From contig NC_068983.1 in assembly GCF_001194135.2 (NCBI RefSeq), forward strand, positions 96,405,232-96,451,941: a stretch of DNA of 46,710 nucleotides, given 5' to 3'. Positions within the stretch are counted from its first letter, which is position 1. Each line of letters opens with the position of its first letter. Both the position numbers and the translations under genes were made by a program. The notes under the pieces were generated by a model. The model had not been told where the DNA came from. It saw only the letters and a list, made by a program, of their open reading frames with translations, and made no database searches. Of the stretch, positions 36,325-46,710 are shown piece by piece. This DNA comes from Octopus bimaculoides (lineage: Eukaryota).

Positions 36325-36850
36325 AGTGGGCAAATAACCATGATTGGCATCCCTTCTCCCTGCAATCCTGCAAAACAATCTGGTACTTGGGACGCTCCCA
36401 TTCAATGGCTTGATTGTACACTTTTTCCCCTGTGGTGTGTAATCTCAATTATTTTTTACCTTTTCAGACCACGAACTACATCTGGCCTTAGGATCTGGAC
36501 GACCTTGGGAAACTGTAATCTTTACCCCAGGTCTGTTTTATTATATATCATGATTACTGAGGCACATGTTGTAGACTACATATCCTTTTGTTGTTTTTAA
36601 TCCTTCCCTCATGGAATTGATCGCTTGTATTGTTTTTCCCCTGATGTTGTTGTTATTTATTGCATCTTTCCAAGGCTTGAGCAAGTTTTGCAATCATTTT
36701 GTCATGACACCACTTTTATCTCTCTTGGGATGTGTTGTTTCGCACTCTGGCTTGATGATGTGTGCCAAGATGGCCTTTTCTTCTCTCAAAGTTTACACAG
36801 CCGGTCTACTTTCATGCCTCATCTGTGGAGGTTTATTGGTGTTGCGATAT
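36325..36850 (-). mobile_element. HERO-like (restriction-like endonuclease) non-LTR retrotransposon, decayed C-terminal ORF fragment
   Basis: Minus-strand pieces across stops and frameshifts: TPINLHR*GMKVDRLCKL, KWCHDKMIAKLAQALE (WRHD-like), DLG*RLQFPKVVQILRPDVV, IIEIT, KYQIVLQDCREKGCQSWLF. Order and content match the zinc-knuckle plus RLE domain of HERO/R4-type elements. Confidence 0.75.
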
Positions 36851-38337
36851 ATGTATGTACAAGTAAATAGTAATTCCTTTTCAATGCGATATTGTAATGT
36901 AAAGTTAACTCTCCAGTGCATGTCCCAAAACTTACAGCATTTATATTTCAATGCTAAAATGTACTTCGTTTATCATTTCAGATTTCATGCTTTAAGTTTG
37001 GTCTAGTGCTCTTTTCTTCTTTCCATTGGATCCACGTGGACAGAGATGAAAGTATACACCTTGTGTCAATTGTTGGCAATTCAGCATAGTGTTCTCCTTT
37101 TCAATCGAAGGCAAGAATCGTAAGGGAAAATCGATGCAGAAAAAAGCCATCACGCGAATTTTAAGTAAAAGTCGGTAAATTCAAGGGTAAATCTGTTTTC
37201 AGTTGCTTAAATTCTCTCTCTTCCTCAATCAAATCTGCAGTCAGTTGCCATTAACATTTTGCTTACCCTGTCTGCGAGGAAGAGAAAATTTTAAAATTTT
37301 ATAATATATCATATATGGAATTCAGTAGATTCAACTTCGGCATACATACATACATACATACAAACGTACATACATGCATACATACATTCAGACGAACAAT
37401 TAGTCCACGCGTCTTCACAGTACACACACACACATACACACACAGATGCACACGCATGCACACACACACACGCAAACATACATACATTTCGATGCATTTG
37501 TGATAGAGTTAGTATTCGTAGACTAAATACAATATCATCAGAAATACCGTTATCCTATTTATGTTTCTGTGTAATGAAGAATTGAGCTCATCTCATTCAC
37601 TTATTGTCACTGTTTTTATGCGAACGAAATGTACAGATAGACAGAGAGGCACAGGCAGACAAACACGCAAGAACACAGAGAGATAGATAGATAAGTTTGT
37701 GTGCACGTGTGTATATATNNNNNNNNNNNNNNNNNNNNNNNNNNNNNNNNNNNNNNNNNNNNNNNNNNNNNNNNNNNNNNNNNNNNNNNNNNNNNNNNNN
37801 NNNNNNNNNNNNNNNNNNNNNNNNNNNNNNNNNNNNNNNNNNNNNNNNNNNNNNNNNNNNNNNNNNNNNNNNNNNNNNNNNNNNNNNNNNNNNNNNNNNN
37901 NNNNNNNNNNNNNNNNNNNNNNNNNNNNNNNNNNNNNNNNNNNNNNNNNNNNNNNNNNNNNNNNNNNNNNNNNNNNNNNNNNNNNNNNNNNNNNNNNNNN
38001 NNNNNNNNNNNNNNNNNNNNNNNNNNNNNNNNNNNNNNNNNNNNNNNNNNNNNNNNNNNNNNNNNNNNNNNNNNNNNNNNNNNNNNNNNNNNNNNNNNNN
38101 NNNNNNNNNNNNNNNNNNNNNNNNNNNNNNNNNNNNNNNNNNNNNNNNNNNNNNNNNNNNNNNNNNNNNNNNNNNNNNNNNNNNNNNNNNNNNNNNNNNN
38201 NNNNNNNNNNNNNNNNNNNNNNNNNNNNNNNNNNNNNNNNNNNNNNNNNNNNNNNNNNNNNNNNNNNNNNNNNNNNNNNNNNNNNNNNNNNNNNNNNNNN
38301 NNNNNNNNNNNNNNNNNNNNNNNNNNNNNNNNNNNNN

Positions 38338-38379
<42 letters not shown>

Positions 38380-39858
38380 CGCGCGTGTGTGTGTGTATTA
38401 TGTATTTGCAATAGAATTGTGATGCAATTTTCCAAAGAATCATTTCTTTTGTCTGTGTACAATGACTCCATATTAACAGATTCTTAAAGAACACAAAATT
38501 ATTTGGTTCATTTGAAGAATTCCTACAAAGAGGAATAATGATTCAAAATAGGACTGCTTATGGCTCCAGATTCATTCTGTTTAGCATTTTTGTTTATGTC
38601 TTTTAGTGGTAAAAGACAAATGCAAATTGTTAGTAGACGCTGATGATGTATGTATGTGTGTATGTATGTATGCATGTATGTATGTATGTATGCATGTATG
38701 TATGTATGTATGTATGTATGTATGTGCGCGCGCGCTCGTGTGTATGTATGTATGTATGTATGTGTTTATATATGTATATATACATTAATTAAATTAAATC
38801 CAGCTGTTCTTTCACACGGAATTTCGTCTTTTTCTAAAGCCAAGACCCTGAAGTGACTATATATATATATATNNNNNNNNNNNNNNNNNNNNNNNNNNNN
38901 NNNNNNNNNNNNNNNNNNNNNNNNNNNNNNNNNNNNNNNNNNNNNNNNNNNNNNNNNNNNNNNNNNNNNNNNNNNNNNNNNNNNNNNNNNNNNNNNNNNN
39001 NNNNNNNNNNNNNNNNNNNNNNNNNNNNNNNNNNNNNNNNNNNNNNNNNNNNNNNNNNNNNNNNNNNNNNNNNNNNNNNNNNNNNNNNNNNNNNNNNNNN
39101 NNNNNNNNNNNNNNNNNNNNNNNNNNNNNNNNNNNNNNNNNNNNNNNNNNNNNNNNNNNNNNNNNNNNNNNNNNNNNNNNNNNNNNNNNNNNNNNNNNNN
39201 NNNNNNNNNNNNNNNNNNNNNNNNNNNNNNNNNNNNNNNNNNNNNNNNNNNNNNNNNNNNNNNNNNNNNNNNNNNNNNNNNNNNNNNNNNNNNNNNNNNN
39301 NNNNNNNNNNNNNNNNNNNNNNNNNNNNNNNNNNNNNNNNNNNNNNNNNNNNNNNNNNNNNNNNNNNNNNNNNNNNNNNNNNNNNNNNNNNNNNNNNNNN
39401 NNNNNNNNNNNNNNNNNNNNNNNNNNNNNNNNNNNNNNNNNNNNNNNNNNNNNNNNNNNNNNNNNNNNNNNNNNNNNNNNNNNNNNNNNNNNNNNNNNNN
39501 NNNNNNNNNNNNNNNNNNNNNNNNNNNNNNNNNNNNNNNNNNNNNNNNNNNNNNNNNNNNNNNNNNNNNNNNNNNNNNNNNNNNNNNNNNNNNNNNNNNN
39601 NNNNNNNNNNNNNNNNNNNNNNNNNNNNNNNNNNNNNNNNNNNNNNNNNNNNNNNNNNNNNNNNNNNNNNNNNNNNNNNNNNNNNNNNNNNNNNNNNNNN
39701 NNNNNNNNNNNNNNNNNNNNNNNNNNNNNNNNNNNNNNNNNNNNNNNNNNNNNNNNNNNNNNNNNNNNNNNNNNNNNNNNNNNNNNNNNNNNNNNNNNNN
39801 NNNNNNNNNNNNNNNNNNNNNNNNNNNNNNNNNNNNNTATATATATATATATATAGAC

Positions 39859-39906
<48 letters not shown>

Positions 39907-40224
39907 GGATGGATGGATGGATGGATGGATAGATGGACGGATGGATAGATAGATAGATAGATAAGATTGAAATTATAGTGATTTCCTAGTCAATTTTAGT
40001 CCATGTTCTTGTATGAAAGTTTGTGAATAAACCATCAAGTAGAAAAATCTAGGGGTGGTGGGTAACTGGTGATAGTTATTTGTCGGGAAAGAGGAAGTAA
40101 TTGCTCATTTTTCGGGTGGGATAAATGAACATACAAAAACTCATGAGCTAAAGTAGTGAGATGAAATATGTTCAGTGATGGATATGTGATCATGAATTAA
40201 AATACATATTGAGATCAAAGTTGG

Positions 40225-40690
40225 TTATGCGTTCATACTTAGGCGTGTTCTGTATTTTTCGATAAGTAAGTTTTCTTTATTTAAACGTTCTTGTACAGAA
40301 ATTGTTTCTTTGCACTGGTAGATGGGGAAACTGTAATATTTGGTTGGAGACACCCTGCACATCACTCTATATGTTTAGTCAAATATATCTGTTTATAGCT
40401 TGGGAAAAGGATCTGTTCCTTGTGTAGGGTGGTTCTCCGTCTAAATGACATACCTGTCTGTTCTATATTGTGTCCACAACCTGAACATGTTACAACATAA
40501 ATCAAGTTCTCGGATGCACAAATGAAGTTGGTTTTAATTGTTAACCTTTCTCCTTGTTTCAACTGGAATTCAGAGCCTTCCAGTAGGTTGGGGCATGTTC
40601 CACAGTTTGACGTCCACATTTTAGCCATAGGTTTCGTGCTTATTGTGCGTAGCTTTGCATGTGTCAGTAGTTTTTTCGGAAAAATCATGG
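40225..40690 (-). mobile_element. Penelope-like element, GIY-YIG endonuclease 3' fragment (inactivated)
   Basis: PKKLLTHAKL linker, CGTCPNL, TIKTNFICASENLIYVVTCSGCGHNIEQTGMSFRRRTTLHKEQI, KHIE*CA, and ERLNKENLLIEKYRTRLSM. This is the typical PLE Cys-rich GIY-YIG architecture. Confidence 0.85.
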
Positions 40691-41205
40691 ATTACATGAA
40701 AAAATGCGAACATGAAAAGTCATTCTTAAGATTATAAACCTGGAAAAGTACAGGACAGGTTATTACACCTGTAAAAATATAGGACAAGCTATTCTAGTAA
40801 AGTAAAGAATAAGAAACATTTTACTTAAAATATTGTAGCTAAAATTATAATTTTAATATTAAAACTTATTTTATTATTGTTTACAAATAACACTATACTT
40901 ATTTAAGTAGAATTTGGCTAATTTACTATCTTAAATACAGAAAAAAGTGACTACTTAGACAAACTTACAAATTAGCTGAACAGCTTTGTACAATAAATTT
41001 AAAAGATGTGAACTATAAAGTGTGTTAAATTAGAAGAACTGGCATTCTTTGCTGCAATATTTTAAGCAAAAAGTTTCTTATTCTTTACTTTACTTGAAGT
41101 AATAGCTTGTCCTATACTTTTACAGGTGTAATAACTTGTCCTGTACTTTTCCAGGTTTATAATCTTAAGAATATTACTTTTCATGCTCGCATTTTTCCAT
41201 GTAAT
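40691..41205. mobile_element. Fold-back / MITE-like element with ~150-bp inverted arms
   Basis: 40691-40839 is the reverse complement of 41051-41205 with few mismatches (attacatg.aaaaatgcga.catgaaaagt...tataaacctggaaaagtacaggaca.gttattacacctgtaaaa.tataggacaagctatt...aaaatattg.agc). The spacer is an AT-rich ~210 bp. Confidence 0.8.
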
Positions 41206-41356
41206 AATAAATTCGTAAGAGGATTGAAGAAAGAAAAAAAACATTGGATAAGGACAAGACTTTTCCCTTTATGTACAATTCCATAATCTATTTTTGGTGG
41301 GATTAGCCTGACCGAAGAACGAACTGTAGACCGTAAAATCCGGATCAACTATCAAA

Positions 41357-41446
<90 letters not shown>

Positions 41447-41548
41447 ATATAGACATATATACGTATACGCACATACACACACATATACTAATACAAACAT
41501 GCATTTTCATCAACTTATACACCGACTTATACACACAGGATCATCTAC

Positions 41549-41608
<60 letters not shown>

Positions 41609-41609
41609 A

Positions 41610-41640
<31 letters not shown>

Positions 41641-41974
41641 GTTTCTCTCTCACTCTTTCCCTCTCTCTCTCTCTCCATATTATATAACATAATACGTACA
41701 CAATATGCTCCTGTTATGAAACAAAGTATTGTTGTGTTTTTATCTTCAATGGTATTATTGTCCTCACCAAGATCAGGTCGACATCATCTTTAATTTACTA
41801 TTTCTTTTATTTGTCTTAGTATTGCTCCCATCATAAACTATGAATCCTCAAATTTCAACCCACTGCAGCCTCTCCTCTCTCATTCATTAAATTATTGAAA
41901 TATCGAAATTATGTAAATATTTAGGATAAGCACTGCTTTCAGACAAGACCAAGAGGAATTATTCAAAAAGGGTA

Positions 41975-42215
41975 AAATATTCTTCCCAAGGCATAGGCTC
42001 ATAAAGTCGGGCTCTCGGATACTGTGACGAATGTATATCCGCCTAGACGGGGCGCCGATTTATCGCAAGATTACTTATTTTTTTCAGCTCGGTAGACTGG
42101 AGCAACGTGAAATAAATTTTTTTGCTGAAGGACTCAACGTGTCACCTGGTCCGCGAATCGAAACCACAATCTTACGATCATGAATGCAGTACCCTAACCA
42201 CTAAGACACACGCCT

Positions 42216-42217
<2 letters not shown>
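41975..42217 (-). mobile_element. tRNA-derived SINE family C
   Basis: Reverse complement ggaggcgtgtgtcttagtggttagggtactgcattcatgatcgtaagattgtggtttcgattc (A/B-box-like), then gtccttcagcaaaaaatttatttcacgttgctccagtctaccgagctg. Confidence 0.7.
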
Positions 42218-42301
<84 letters not shown>

Positions 42302-42751
42302 ACATACATGTACACACGTACATACATGCATATATTATGTATATATATAAAAGAGAGACAGAGAGAGAGAGAGCGAGTGAGTGAGTGAGTGAGTGGGTGA
42401 GAGAGAGAATTGAGAGAGAGAGAGAGAGAGTGAGAGAGAGAGAGCAAATAGGGATTGTCAATCCGGGTAAAATACTACATAAGTTCTCTGTTGGCACCCA
42501 GGCTACAATACTACTTGGCACACAATACTACTTAGATTAGTCAAAAATTCCAAGTAATATTTTGGTAGGGTCCCAAGTTATGGTTCATCATAATTCTATA
42601 TTGTAAATCCGGGTATGGGCTTCAAAAATAATTGTCATTACATATAATTCCTTTATTAGAGCGAATCTGGCTCTCACCTGTTTCCAGTGATCATTACAGT
42701 ACTACTGGAAACAGCTGTAAGCCACATTATATATATATATATACATGTATA

Positions 42752-42812
<61 letters not shown>

Positions 42813-43064
42813 NNNNNNNNNNNNNNNNNNNNNNNNNNNNNNNNNNNNNNNNNNNNNNNNNNNNNNNNNNNNNNNNNNNNNNNNNNNNNNNNNNNNNNNN
42901 NNNNNNNNNNNNNNNNNNNNNNNNNNNNNNNNNNNNNNNNNNNNNNNNNNNNNNNNNNNNNNNNNNNNNNNNNNNNNNNNNNNNNNNNNNNNNNNNNNNN
43001 NNNNNNNNNNNNNNNNNNNNNNNNNNNNNNNNNNNNNNNNNNNNNNNNNNNNNNNNNNNNNNNN

Positions 43065-43097
<33 letters not shown>

Positions 43098-43571
43098 GAG
43101 AGAGAGAGAGAGAAAGAAAGAAAGAAAGGGAGACAGGAGGATAAATAGATAGATAGATTGATTGATTGCTTAATTTTAAAAATGAAGAAGCGATGCCTTT
43201 GGCATCACTCGAAAAAGCCGTCAGTTTTGATAGAGAACAGTTTTGATAGAGAACAGCCAAGCATGTGTGTCGTCATATTGAGTAAGTATTCCATAAACTG
43301 ACTATTTCTTCATGAGAGAGGGAGAAGTCAGAAAAATGTAAAAAGGAAGGAATATCCCCAATCGTGGATAATAGTGCATCCAGTTTATCAAAAATGAAGG
43401 ACGGATGGACAGTAAAACAGATGTGCGTTACGCAGTTCCATGATCAAATAAATAATAAGGTTACAGTTAAGACCCATTAGTGGTTTCAAAGGAGAATGTT
43501 TAATGATAGTCCATGACATTCCTTACAACGTAATAACTATTACTTCTGCCACTACCTCACGTCGTTAGCAC

Positions 43572-43629
<58 letters not shown>

Positions 43630-43920
43630 TTCTTCGCATTCGGCTTTAGAGTATTATTATAGAGATCCATATTTATATACACACATGCATACACACATAC
43701 ATATGTATGCATCCATCTTTCTCAACTTTTTTCTGTCTTCACTACTTCTTCCTCTCACTCCTTCTAATCATCTCCCTCCCTCTCTCTCATTTTCATTAGA
43801 CCTCTTACTCATTCCACCCCACCCTCTTTCTAACTAACTAAAGCGTAATATGGTAACAAACAAACAAGCATAATTATAATATAGATATACATATATTCAC
43901 TAACACACACGCATTAGAAT

Positions 43921-44115
43921 TGCGGAGAGTTGACAGAATCACTATGGTATCGTATGAGGTGTCTTGCGGTATTTCCTTCAGCTTTTTACCCCTTTCATTC
44001 CAATTTCGCTTGGGATAGCTTTACCTTCCACCATTCCATGGGTTGGTAGAATATGGTACCATTCGTCTGATCTCCTTTTCCTCAGAATCGCTGGCCTTGT
44101 GCCTCCATCAAACCA
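43921..44115 (+). mobile_element. Old, degenerate SINE family B copy
   Basis: gcggagagttgacagaatc...gcggtatttc...ctttaccttccaccattccatgggttggtagaatatggtacc parallels 17105-17275. Confidence 0.5.
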
Positions 44116-45379
44116 TTCGATTATCTGAGACTGAATAAGCTAGGTTTCTGTCAGAAATCTATGAAAATTTAAGTCGAATGAAACCGAATCAAACTGTTTT
44201 AAATAATAATATATTTAATTCCTACTGTTGCGTTGAAGGCCTCTTTCTTTGGTTTGTCCACTCACACGTGTGTGTGTGTGAGTGTGTGTGTGTGTGTATG
44301 TGTGTGAGTGTCTGTGTTAATGTGTGTGTGCGCGCATGCGTGTGTAGTAAGAAAAAAGAAGAAGATTTCGATTATCCCCACATGGTAAGTTGTAATGCAA
44401 AAAATATCTGCTAGCTCGCCGCCTTATACCTGTATTGATATTGTAAACGAAACAGTTTATATATGCCAGATTTTTTTTAAATAAAAAGATTAATTACTTG
44501 ATATCTGTTTCGTACAGAAGAAACATTGGAGGTTGAAAAGAACTCCAGCATTTTGGTTCCTGTGTCTTATTGTTTAAGGATCTCAAATCTAGAAGCCCAC
44601 TCGTCTAGAAGTTGCTGCACTGAGAAGACACGTGAAATCCTCGGTTCAAAAAGGGTGATCAAGTGTGATGATTGCTGAACCGGGGGCAGAAAGATAGACA
44701 CTAGCTGCTCCGCATGAGACATCGCAAGGTGATAGTTAGAAATATGACGAGAGACAGATAGTAGTGTTATGACAATCATGGTTGTGCGTCTCTTGGTAGT
44801 GGCGTAAGTGAAAAAAAATAAATCAGTCCACTGTGAGACGAAACCAGCTTTTAGACCTTCAGGAGCTTACATCAACTTTATAATACCCATGCCATTATTT
44901 TACATCATTTTTACAATGTCTAAATACATTTATGTTTAAAATATTTATTGAAATTGTCGTATACATCTATAGAAATTACAACAAAAACAAAAAGTTCCAT
45001 TGCTATTGTTACTTTGACAGCTTCTTTCAAATGTCACTCAACCACAAAATTTTCTTTCTCAATAAAAGATATAGTAAATTTATTATTCAAATACACGGTG
45101 GTTGTTTGTAGACAAAGTTATATGTTTCTCAGTCCATAATTCCAGTCTTATTGATTTTAAATTCTGCAGAGGGTGCAGAGGATAGTTTGCATCAGTGTAT
45201 TTATAATTACTCGTAGTTCTTACTGCAGTGATGTGTCATTCAAATTTTCTATGGAAAATAGGTTAGTTTAGCTTGTCATTCTGTACAACAAATCTATTCC
45301 GTTAATAGAAAGAAAAAAAAGTATTTAAAGAATGGTAAACATCGTAGCAAAAACCGTATTCATCCGACATTCGCCATTT

Positions 45380-45870
45380 GGTAGAACGTTATCACCATGG
45401 AAGGATCAACAGCAGCCACGTCTCCTGAAATCTGCGAGGTTATTGTAAAAACGTTCAGACATCAAGTGTGTTCTTTATATTCTTATTATATCCGTTCAGA
45501 TAATAGATGCCTATTGTTTGCTTGTCAAAATATCACTTAGACTCAAGTGAAACAATCAAAGACAAGAGTTATTTTCTATCTATTCAACCTTTGTTCATTT
45601 CCGATAATTCACTTGGAGAAATTTGCGAACATTCTTCACGTAGTGCCATCTCAAGTGTGCGATTTACTCAAAACTATTAGGATGCCACCCATTCAAAAGA
45701 ATGATGCTTCTCCTGGCAGATTCTCTGTCAACAGTGAGATTTTTAATTGCAGACAATTCAGGGCGACGATCAAAAGGTTTTACAGAGTATTTAATAGAAA
45801 CAGCTTCTATTGTTTCTCCAGCGAGGCGATGTTTAGTTTTGTTCGAATGCATGTAAACAACGCTTAACAA
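45380..45870 (-). mobile_element. Possible heavily decayed mariner transposase N-terminal half
   Basis: Fragments such as SPSELSEMNK (cf. WVPHELSE) and FYNN; weak. Confidence 0.25.
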
Positions 45871-45987
45871 TTACCTTGCGTTTAATACCACAAACAGAAA
45901 TGCAGAAAGAAAAGAAAATTAATTTTTTTTAAACACATCACTGAAACTTTATACTTCATAGATGCATTTGCTGTGGATGTTAGTTTT

Positions 45988-46031
<44 letters not shown>

Positions 46032-46061
46032 TAATCTACCACTATTGCCACCACCACCACC

Positions 46062-46140
<79 letters not shown>
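45988..46140. repeat. (TAC)n/(CAC)n microsatellite
   Basis: Direct reading. Confidence 0.95.
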
Positions 46141-46710
46141 AATTTGTTTCCATAGCAGGTCACATTTAAAGTTTTCGTATTGGCAAAATTGATTCGATGA
46201 AATCATCATCATCATCATCATCATCATTACCATGATTGTCGTGATCGTCGCCGTTATTGTTATCTTCATCGTCGTCGCTATTATTACAATTTATCATCGT
46301 CGCTGTTATGCACGTTTATAATTTTATAACAAAAGAGATTAACGCACGCGCATGCACTCATATTCACATGATCACACACACATACACACGCAGCTATGCA
46401 TTTATCTCTTATGTAACAGAAAATACAACATACTAATCACTGTTGATAAAAGTATATATATATGTGTGTGTGTGTGTGTCTGTCTGTCTGTGTCTGTGTG
46501 TGTATGCGTGTGTGTGTGAGTGTGAGTGCGTATATGTGTATGTCTGTGCTTGCATTTATATGTGGTTTGTGAGAACATTGGTATATATCTGTGAACGATT
46601 GTGTGCATGAATATACACATTCATACACACGCATATACGTATATTTGCTTACATATATACATATATACATGTATAAATATGTATATATGTATGTATATAT
46701 ATATATATAT

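Overview
AT-rich eukaryotic (animal) genomic DNA from a gapped draft assembly. It has about 18 N-runs, most sitting inside (TA)n/(CA)n/(GA)n microsatellites, and one Illumina adapter remnant. The microsatellite density and SINE families resemble a cephalopod (Octopus-like) genome; this is inference from pattern recall, not a database hit. Only one convincing host gene is present: a minus-strand MARCH2/3-like RING-CH E3 ubiquitin ligase whose whole CDS is one uninterrupted ORF (29062-30312). The rest is microsatellites, tRNA-derived SINE copies and decayed transposons: piggyBac, irritans-type mariner, hAT (Charlie/Buster-like), DD37D maT, a HERO-like RLE non-LTR element, a Penelope-like GIY-YIG fragment, a probable RTE 3' end and a fold-back/MITE-like element. 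The most unusual signal is non-coding. A ~0.74-kb unit bounded by direct repeats (2381-3237) carries, on the minus strand, all catalytic core motifs of a hammerhead ribozyme (GUC, GAAA, CUGAUGA) plus four supporting helices, in a strand order that is not any circular permutation (type I/II/III). Two further degenerate hammerhead-like motifs lie at 10.47-10.73 kb. Almost all other ORFs in the supplied track are artefacts of N-runs or microsatellites.
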